A stretch of 64,000 nt of DNA from assembly GCA_963849325.1 (NCBI GenBank), contig CAWKHF010000007.1:64001-128000 (forward strand), in the 5' to 3' direction. Below the pieces are notes generated by a model. It was given only the letters and a program-made list of their open reading frames with translations, did not search any database and was not told the origin of the DNA. This DNA is from an uncultured Planctomycetota bacterium. GTDB lineage: Bacteria; Planctomycetota; Planctomycetia; Gemmatales; Gemmataceae. The position numbers and the translations under genes are program-made. Positions 56,752 through 64,000 of this stretch are shown here, one piece after another (the stretch's first letter is position 1; the number at the start of each line of letters is the position of its first letter).

Positions 56752-57198
56752 TTATGTGGGCGAACTCGCAAAATACATGTCCTCTTCAAACGTGAACGAG
56801 AAGCACCAGCCACCGTCCTTGGCAATCACATATAGCGATTGAGGTTCTGTCAACAATCTTGAGAATACATCAAGAAGTACGCCAAAAGTCATCTCCAAAG
56901 CGACTGAAGTTGTATTGTCTCCAACTACCACACATCTGTCGCTCGAATTAAGCCCAGCGGCCAATTCAAATTGTTCTAGAAATTCTCGGATTTCGCTTTC
57001 CTTATCGGCTATCGGAACGCGAGGGAACCTTGCTGGGCGGAATTGTGTACTCGGAAGTTGTTCCCAGCAGATTCCACTCGCACGCACAGGGAAACGCTGA
57101 CTGAGGAGATTGAACCACGGTTTATCGCTTTCATGGACAGTGATCAGTCCCGCAGCGACTTCACTTGCGAGGCATTCCAGCCAATCTTGCTGGTTCAT
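56752..57198 (-). CDS. Orphan immunity protein, CdiI-like
   Basis: 148 aa, AGGAG SD; FP...I.W, VGDN, PQSLYVI..DGGWCFSFTFEEDMYF pattern resembling CDI immunity proteins. Confidence 0.6.
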   Translation of the reverse strand: MNQQDWLECLASEVAAGLITVHESDKPWFNLLSQRFPVRASGICWEQLPSTQFRPARFPRVPIADKESEIREFLEQFELAAGLNSSDRCVVVGDNTTSVALEMTFGVLLDVFSRLLTEPQSLYVIAKDGGWCFSFTFEEDMYFASSPT

Positions 57199-57260
57199 GA
57201 TGCAACTCTCCTAGGGCTATTGGCCACCAAACAGTTGTCGAAGGACTGCGAGGTAGAAGG

Positions 57261-57500
57261 CGAAAAATAGACAAAAAATGCATAAGATACTTTTAGAGTC
57301 TGTCCCAAAAGCCCCTCTCCCCCGAATCGGGGGAGAGGGGCTTTTGGGACAGACTCTTAATGCATTAGAGGCACTAACAAAAAGGCGAACGGCCGGCGTG
57401 AGCCGGCTGGTTTTGGCCCCCACCAGCCGGCTCACGCCGGCCGTTCGCCCAAAAAGTTAGTGGCTCTTAAAACCATCTTATGCGTTTTCTGCTTTTTACA
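57261..57500. repeat. Nested composite palindrome (outer AT-rich IR enclosing two REP-like hairpins)
   Basis: Outer AAAATGCATAAGAT.../...ATCTTATGCGTTTT; inner perfect hairpins 57293-57359 and 57384-57449. Confidence 0.85.
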
Positions 57501-57521
57501 CCTTTTCTCCTTTCATTGGGA

Positions 57522-57977
57522 CTATTCTTTTTGCATTCGCTTAGTTAGCTCGCCAAGGATTTCTGCGACAAAGTTTGAGTTGGTCGCTAGGCATGTCCTT
57601 TCCCCGGTGTCCGGCTTAGTGAAGAACACGCTTCTTATAGGCACTCTCCGCACAGAATCAATGAGGTCTTGCGTGACATTCGCATCCGGAAGTCTGCCCA
57701 ATAGGTGAAACGCCGTACAGCAGACTGACGCTTCTTCGTGCGCGAGAAAGTGCGGCAAATGTGGACCGAAAATCTGCGGGGAATGAACCATCCCTAGCTC
57801 AAGAGCATATACGAGGTGGTACTTATCGTAATTAGGCAAGTCCGATAACATGCGCCCAAGTGATTCTTCGGAAACCCTTGTCGCTGGATCGTTGAGCAAG
57901 GGCTCCATGTAAGCAGCTAGGGCCGAGTTGGCAAGGGCGACAAACGTATCGTACTCGAAAACAGGTGTTGTGGCCAT
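57522..57977 (-). CDS. Putative cognate immunity protein (151 aa)
   Basis: ATG overlaps the toxin stop (TAATG); low GC; helical/HEAT-like sequence. Confidence 0.7.
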   Translation of the reverse strand: MATTPVFEYDTFVALANSALAAYMEPLLNDPATRVSEESLGRMLSDLPNYDKYHLVYALELGMVHSPQIFGPHLPHFLAHEEASVCCTAFHLLGRLPDANVTQDLIDSVRRVPIRSVFFTKPDTGERTCLATNSNFVAEILGELTKRMQKE

Positions 57978-60900
57978 TAGAATCCCCATCGGATAACTTT
58001 TCCGGTCGAGTCGATTACCACAGCTCCATACGCTTGAACGAAGCCACGACCTGATGCCTGCCAGGCCAGATCGTGAAAACGGGCAACGAACACTCGCCCA
58101 TTTACAACGAGAGCAGGCCAAGGTCCTGCGCCAAGACCTGGAGCAACTATGGCCTGACTTCCCACAATTGCACCGCGAGCACCTAGCGAAGGTGGCGGCG
58201 ACGTTGCGGTCCCCGGTCCCCTCGCCAGTCCTGGGACGTTCGGTGCCGCCGGGGATTGAGGCCCTCTTCCAAACCAATTCCCCAGCCCCGCGAACGCCAT
58301 CGCCAGCACTGCGGGCGTGAAGTCGCCGATGGTCTGCGCCGTACTCTCACTCGCGCCCAGCCCGCTCGCAGCCGAATAGCCCAGGTATTGGTATAACGAA
58401 GGGTTGGGCTGCGATGAACCCCAGTTGGCCACCCCCGCAATTATCTGATCCACCCCCACCGACATCAAGCCCACGCCCAGCGGCACCACCACGCCGCCAC
58501 CGTTGCCCAGCGTCATCACCGCCCCGCCAATCACGTCGGCGATGCCCACGCCGATCTGCAACACGCTGCCGCCATTTGCCAGCAACCATTGCACCCCCGC
58601 ATCACGCAGGAAGTCCGCTTTCAATTGGTCCCACGTCGTCGTACCCGACGCGCCCGGCCACGACAAGTCCTCTTCCGTGTCGATCGATGGCGACGGCTTG
58701 GCGTCACCCCACGGCGATACCGCACCCGACTTCCGATCCGTCGTCGCACCCCAACTCGCCGACCACAAGTACGTCTTGCGACCACCATCCCCCGACGAAG
58801 AATCACCCTTCGCCCAAGAACGATACACACCGATCTGCCAGCTATTGTTCGTGTTGGTGCTCGCGGGCGACACGAACACCCGACTCGTCCAGTTCTCGCT
58901 GCCGGCCCGCTCATCGATGTCGCGCAGGCTCAACTGACGCTGACCGCCCACTGATGTGCCGGCGATGTTCTTGTGATACGACTGGAAACCGTCGGCATAA
59001 TTACGAATGGTAAAGCCGTCGGCCGTGTCCAGGTTGAACACCTTCTGCCGCGACCATTCCGTCTTCTGCTGGTCGCCCTTGCGGTTGAAACTGAAAGTGT
59101 AATTGTCCGGCGTGCCCTTCTCGACCGTGGTTTCGCTGGTGGAGTTGCTCATGTCCAACTTGTGCCGCCACGACGACTCGACTGCCGGATTGCCGTTGTC
59201 GTACTCGTCGCCTTCGTCGTCCTCCGCATCAGCGGCCGGATGGTACGACTGGTCCTTCTCGTGGAACTCGCTGCTGTTGCTGTCGCTGTGATCGATAGAG
59301 AACTGCCGGCCCGTCTCGCTCCAGCCCGAGTCAGTGCTCTTCTGGTTGACGGTCAGTGTATCGTCTACCGAGGACGATGCCTGGGCTTTGTATCTCCAGT
59401 CGCCGGTGCGGCCCTGACCGTCATCGAGCTTGCCGTTGGCGGCCATCGAGCTATTGCCGCTGCTCTGCTGCGTGAAGCCGGTGGTGCGCGTCGCTTCCGC
59501 ATTACCGTCGCTCAACGTGATGGTCACCGTGTCGGTGCTGCTGACCTTGCCGCTGCCGCCGGCGTTGATCTGGGCATGCAAGACATCGTTATCGCGGTCG
59601 ATCTTGCGATTGATTCCATAGTCGGCGGCGGCGCTGTTGTCGGTCCCCATCGTGATGGTGCCGCTGGCTTGATCGCCGCACAACGTCAAGTCCAGGCCCA
59701 GCGAGTCGCCGCTGTGGCTGTGGTTGTGATTGGTATCGTTGACTTGGCCGGTGCCGTCGGACAGCGGCACGCTGCCCTTGACGGTGTTGACTACGTCGGT
59801 ATCGCTGGCGTCGCTGCCACTGGCGGTCAGCGTGCCGTTGGCCGTGCCCGCGTCGTCGTAGGTCAGGTCGGCTGTGGCGTTGCCGCTGGAACTGCTGCTG
59901 GCCGTGGACAGCGACGTTTGCGTGGGCTGGTTGGTCCCCGCTTGCTTCGACCACACAAAGCCGCCGCCGGACTGGTTGCTCTGCGCCTGGTCGTAGCTGC
60001 TGCCGTCGGTCAGCTGGCCGTCGCTATTGACATTGCCCTTGGCCTTGGACGTGCCCGAGGTACTCGCCGTGTTGCTGGCGAAGACGATGGCGCTCCCTTG
60101 CAGCGAGCCATCGGCAGCGGTGAAGTCGGCCTTGTTGAAGCCCGAGGCGGCGCTCTTGCTCTGGTAGCTGCCGCTGTCGTCGATGCTGTTGACCTTGGCC
60201 ACCTGGTCGGACGCGCCGGAGACGACGCCGTCGCTGTGACTACTGCTGTTGGCCTGGGATGAGTACGTGCCCACCGTCTGACCGGCGGGGGCACCACTGC
60301 TGGAGTCGGCACCGACGGCGATGGTGGAGCCGCCGCTGTCGCTCTGCGACATCTTGGCGTCACTGCTGAGCTGCGAACGGTAGGTCTGCTGGTCCTGGGT
60401 GGCCGAACCGTCGGCGTAGGTCTGGTCCAACGTCTGATCGTCGCTGTAGCTGCCGCTGCTGTCGCTCTGGTAGCGGGAGGTGCCGTCGCTGGCGGCATCG
60501 CCGCCGCGGTGGTAGGCATCGGTGACGGCGTAATGGTTGGTCTGGTTGCCGCTATCGTGGTCCTCGCGGCCCTGCGTGCCCGACTGCGACAAGCCGCCGG
60601 CATCGGTTAGGTTGGTGTCCTGGTTACCGTCGTCTTCATCGAAGCTCTGGTTGTCGATGTCCCAACGGAACTGATCGCGGTCGCCACTGGTGGGATCGCT
60701 GGCGCTAGTGCTGTTCTGGAAGTAATAGCGTGAGGCGACCTGATCGTGGTAATCGTTGTGGGCGTTGATGGCCTGCTGGGTGAGGATGCCGAAGGAGCCG
60801 TAGGTGTTCGTGATCGTGCTGTTACTGTTGAGGAAACCACTGGCGGAAGAGAGTTGTAGGTAATGTGTGCCGTCGGCCGGCGCGGCGGACGGGTCGGGAG

Positions 60901-62479
60901 CGGGGCTGTTATCGTCGGTGGGGAAGTTGGCGGCGTTGTCGCTTTGGATCAACTCGCTGTTGTAAGTGCTTCCTTGCCGGGAGGTCGAGACCGCCGTGCC
61001 CGAGCCGTCGGACTCGCTTTCCTCGGACGTGCCATCATCCGGCGTGCTATCAGCATTCGAGGAGGCCGCGTCGGTCCAGGTGGACGACTGGTTGGACCAG
61101 TCGGTGCGACTGGAGTGGTTGACGAACTGATAGCGGCCGCCGTTGTCGGCGGTGTAGCTGCCGGAGGCCTCGAAGGTGATCGACCCGTTCCAGCTGGTGT
61201 GGTCCCACGTCATGTAGCCGAAGCCATAAGTCGGCACGTAGCCGCCGAGCGGCATGCCTTGCATGGCGATGCTGGGATCGATGGGCGTGCTGAAGGGCGT
61301 CACCTCGTTCTCCACATCGAAGTTCCAGCCATAATCGGTGTGCAAGGAGGCGGTGGCGGTGGTAGTTCCGGTCAGCACCCAGGAGGCGCCGGCCGCGGCC
61401 TGATCGCCGGTAGCCGGCGCGATGGCGGCGTCGAGGGTGACGTCGAGGGAGAAGGAACCATCCTTGCTGCCGCCGCTGTAAGTGTAGTGCTGCACATAAT
61501 GGCTGGAGTCGATCTGGATGGCAGGCGTGGCCGTGGCACTGGTGGTGCTATCGTCCGAGGTGGCGGCACTGGTATCGTCGGCCGTGGTATCGGTGGCGTC
61601 GGTGGTGTCTGCCGTCAGGTCCGCCGGCAGGTCGGGGGCGGTGGTGATGTCGGGTGGCGTGTAGTCGGAGTTATCCACGGCGGGGCCGGCGGAGGTATCC
61701 GGTGCATCGCTGGTGTCGGTGCTGCTGCTATCGGGCCCCCAATCATCGTCCGTGCTGGAGTCATCCGGCGGGGTGGTGTCATCGCTGCTGACATCCGTCG
61801 GCAGGATCAGCCCCGGTTGCGGCGACGTGGCGTCGGCGGTGGAGTCGGTCGGGGCGGGATCATTGTTGGGGCTGGCCGATAGGGAGCTGGTCCACCACGA
61901 ACCGTTGGCAAGCAGCGTCTGAGGATCGAGAGGAGCGGCACTGTCATCGGCGGGGGTGGTGCTGGTGTCGCCCGCGGATGGTCCTATGGCTTGCGCCGCG
62001 AGTGCGCCGCTGGCCGGGTCGATCGGGGACGCCAGGTTGGGATCATCGCCCGCGTTATCGGCAGAGGAATCGGACGGCTGTGCGAGTGTATCGGCAGCGG
62101 TCGCGGTCGCGGTCGCTGTCGCCGGCATGGCAGCCATGTACTGGGCGTAAGCGGTGTAGGACGAGAAGGGCAGGTCCGGGGTGGAGGATGCGGCGGCGTC
62201 GGCATTCGGAGTCCCATCCGTGCCGGTGTTATCGGCAGCGGGGGAAGTCGCGGTCGCGGCCGTTGGCGTGGCGGCGTAGAGGTCCGCATAAGTCGTGGTG
62301 CCGGCTGAGGAAGTCGGGTCCGGGGGCAGCCATGCGGCCGACAGCAAGACGCGCTCCTCCAAGCTTTCCAGGCGGAGGTCCACGTACCGAGGTTTGCTCG
62401 ACCGTGGTCTCCGGCTGCGGAGGTGGGAGGTGGAAATATGAGGCAGAAGATGGCTTTTCAGCCAGGAGAAAAAGGTCAT
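57977..62479 (-). CDS. Large LEPR-XLL-type exoprotein, putative polymorphic toxin (1500 aa)
   Basis: N-terminal RRPR...LRLESLEERVLLS motif, D/T/S/A-rich linker, S/D/N/G-rich central region, Gly-rich hydrophobic segment, WFGR, 95-aa C-terminal domain. Confidence 0.85.
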   Translation of the reverse strand: MTFFSWLKSHLLPHISTSHLRSRRPRSSKPRYVDLRLESLEERVLLSAAWLPPDPTSSAGTTTYADLYAATPTAATATSPAADNTGTDGTPNADAAASSTPDLPFSSYTAYAQYMAAMPATATATATAADTLAQPSDSSADNAGDDPNLASPIDPASGALAAQAIGPSAGDTSTTPADDSAAPLDPQTLLANGSWWTSSLSASPNNDPAPTDSTADATSPQPGLILPTDVSSDDTTPPDDSSTDDDWGPDSSSTDTSDAPDTSAGPAVDNSDYTPPDITTAPDLPADLTADTTDATDTTADDTSAATSDDSTTSATATPAIQIDSSHYVQHYTYSGGSKDGSFSLDVTLDAAIAPATGDQAAAGASWVLTGTTTATASLHTDYGWNFDVENEVTPFSTPIDPSIAMQGMPLGGYVPTYGFGYMTWDHTSWNGSITFEASGSYTADNGGRYQFVNHSSRTDWSNQSSTWTDAASSNADSTPDDGTSEESESDGSGTAVSTSRQGSTYNSELIQSDNAANFPTDDNSPAPDPSAAPADGTHYLQLSSASGFLNSNSTITNTYGSFGILTQQAINAHNDYHDQVASRYYFQNSTSASDPTSGDRDQFRWDIDNQSFDEDDGNQDTNLTDAGGLSQSGTQGREDHDSGNQTNHYAVTDAYHRGGDAASDGTSRYQSDSSGSYSDDQTLDQTYADGSATQDQQTYRSQLSSDAKMSQSDSGGSTIAVGADSSSGAPAGQTVGTYSSQANSSSHSDGVVSGASDQVAKVNSIDDSGSYQSKSAASGFNKADFTAADGSLQGSAIVFASNTASTSGTSKAKGNVNSDGQLTDGSSYDQAQSNQSGGGFVWSKQAGTNQPTQTSLSTASSSSSGNATADLTYDDAGTANGTLTASGSDASDTDVVNTVKGSVPLSDGTGQVNDTNHNHSHSGDSLGLDLTLCGDQASGTITMGTDNSAAADYGINRKIDRDNDVLHAQINAGGSGKVSSTDTVTITLSDGNAEATRTTGFTQQSSGNSSMAANGKLDDGQGRTGDWRYKAQASSSVDDTLTVNQKSTDSGWSETGRQFSIDHSDSNSSEFHEKDQSYHPAADAEDDEGDEYDNGNPAVESSWRHKLDMSNSTSETTVEKGTPDNYTFSFNRKGDQQKTEWSRQKVFNLDTADGFTIRNYADGFQSYHKNIAGTSVGGQRQLSLRDIDERAGSENWTSRVFVSPASTNTNNSWQIGVYRSWAKGDSSSGDGGRKTYLWSASWGATTDRKSGAVSPWGDAKPSPSIDTEEDLSWPGASGTTTWDQLKADFLRDAGVQWLLANGGSVLQIGVGIADVIGGAVMTLGNGGGVVVPLGVGLMSVGVDQIIAGVANWGSSQPNPSLYQYLGYSAASGLGASESTAQTIGDFTPAVLAMAFAGLGNWFGRGPQSPAAPNVPGLARGPGTATSPPPSLGARGAIVGSQAIVAPGLGAGPWPALVVNGRVFVARFHDLAWQASGRGFVQAYGAVVIDSTGKVIRWGF

Positions 62480-62672
62480 GGGCGTCCCCGCTCGTCCCAA
62501 GGAAACCTAAAGAAACCGTAATGAAAGTCTTTGGGGAAGAGTCATGTCGAAACCGCATTTGTCAAGGAAGTGAATACGTTTTTAATCTTTAGCCGTTGGT
62601 ATGGTAATTGCGGTGAAACATCGAAAGGGCGCCGGACGTTCGCGCCTTTGTAGGTTCCCTAAGGAGGAATTT

Positions 62673-63522
62673 ATGGCTTCTAATCCTCCCCCTGGCTCGT
62701 ATCCGGTTCCCCCTAGTCAACCTGTCGCCATCCCACCGGGGACTCCGGTGGCGACTCCCGTGACGTATCAAACCGTCCCTGTGGCCCCCGCACCCCAATC
62801 CGTCCCCGCTCCCCAGCATGAGCACAAGGACCATCGTGAGGAAGTGCGGGTTTACAGCCACTCGACCTTCTTTTACTGGTGGCCGGTGTGGTTGACGGGT
62901 TACATCATGGCCCTGGTCACGCGCTTCGACGGGCAACTCATCGACATCGGCGGCTCGGCAAGTCTGGGTCCACCGCAGCAAGAACCTCGGCGTACTGTTC
63001 ACGCTGATGTTCTTCCTGGTCATCCTCATCACCAACGTGACGCTGCGCGGCCTGGCCTCGGTGGTGGCCATCCTCGCCGTCGCGTTTGGCGCCCTGCTGC
63101 TGGCCTACTACGGCTTGTGGGAAGACGTGCTCAACTGGATGGGCAAGGTGTCGATCTACATGAACATGGGTTTCTACGTCTTCTTCTCGACGCTGGTGCT
63201 CTTCGTCTGGGCCTTCTCGGTGTTCGTCTACGACCGCTTCAGCTACTGGCGGGTGACGCCCGGCCAGCTCACGTACGACGCGGTCATCGGCGGCGCCCAG
63301 AAGAGTTACGACACGCGCGGCATGGTCTTCGAGAAGCACCGGCAAGACCTGTTCCGCCACTGGGTGCTGGGTCTCGGCTCGGGCGACATCCAGATTTCGA
63401 CGACCGGCGCCCGCCGCGAGACATTGAACATCCCCAATGTCCTGTTCGTGGACGCCAAGGTCAGCGAGATCCAGAAGATGATCGCCATGCAGCCGGACCA
63501 GTTCCAAACGCCGGTCGCTTGA
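62673..63522 (+). CDS. Membrane protein with C-terminal bacterial PH-like domain (frameshift near 62960)
   Basis: Pro-rich N-terminus, YSHSTFFYWWPVW, several TMs, LGLGSGDIQI...IPNV; AAGGAGG SD. Confidence 0.75.
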
Positions 63523-63545
63523 GATGTCCTCGAAAAAAGACGTAA

Positions 63546-63636
63546 AAACCACGAATCACACGAATAACACGAATAAAAAAAGAGCGATATTTCTCGGGAT
63601 TTCTTTTTATTCGTGTTTTCGTGTGATTCGTGGTTT
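63546..63636. repeat. Inverted repeat built from tandem 9-mers (CACGAAT core)
   Basis: AAACCACGAATCACACGAATAACACGAAT ... ATTCGTGTTTTCGTGTGATTCGTGGTTT. Confidence 0.88.
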
Positions 63637-63669
63637 CCCTCTTACTTCCCGTGGTTCTGAGAGAGGAAA

Positions 63670-64000
63670 TCATTGCTCGGCGGGCAGGATGCAAGCGCTC
63701 ACCGTGCCGAAGCCGACGCGATAGCCGTCGCCCTGGCACCAACCCGTCAACATGACGCGGTCGCCATCGTGCAGGAAGGTCCGGGTCTCACTCCCCACGT
63801 TCAGCGGCCGTGTTCCGCGCCAGGCGAGTTCGAGCAAACTGCCGTAGGAGTCCGGCGTCGGCCCGCTGATCGTACCGGAGGCCAGCAGATCGCCCGGCCG
63901 TAAGTTGCAGCCGTTGACCGTGTGATGGGCCAGTTGCTGGGCGAGCGTCCAGTACAGGTACTTGAAGTTGGACGCGCAAATACGCTGCGGTTCGGCCATC
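63670..64000 (-). CDS. fahA: Fumarylacetoacetase, 3' part (gene continues beyond window)
   Basis: [47 protein letters not shown]. Confidence 0.93.
   Translation of the reverse strand, partial: MAEPQRICASNFKYLYWTLAQQLAHHTVNGCNLRPGDLLASGTISGPTPDSYGSLLELAWRGTRPLNVGSETRTFLHDGDRVMLTGWCQGDGYRVGFGTVSACILPAEQ

Noticed and set aside
56525-58477. Duplicated segment as a diversity-generating retroelement template/variable repeat pair
   Set aside because: No reverse transcriptase in the window, differences are not adenine-specific, and each copy leads into a different C-terminal domain

Overview
High-GC bacterial DNA whose gene content (LEPR-XLL-type exoprotein, PEP-CTERM proteins, membrane-anchored ECF sigma factor, WD40, HEAT and DUF1080 proteins, MoxR-DUF58-BatA operon) points to a Planctomycete, probably Gemmataceae-like. 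More than 20 genes carry small frameshifts, most likely long-read consensus errors. Most of the window is housekeeping or typical planctomycete accessory genes separated by many REP-like palindromes. The standout region is 53.8-62.5 kb, a candidate polymorphic toxin system. A 1500-aa exoprotein with a planctomycete LEPR-XLL-type N-terminus and no RHS repeats ends in a hydrophobic pre-toxin segment, a WFGR junction and an unrecognised 95-aa C-terminal domain, with a translationally coupled putative immunity gene. Downstream lie an orphan CdiI-like immunity gene and an orphan cassette that repeats the same 213-bp pre-toxin segment fused to a HxE...CxxC deaminase-like domain; that cassette is split inside its CxxC motif by a complete IS701-like element. 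Also notable: two sigma-54 promoters flanking an NtrC-type two-component system (one defining a candidate sRNA or attenuator, one driving an unannotated 52-aa protein), and two tandem PEP-CTERM genes that both appear to start at ATT.
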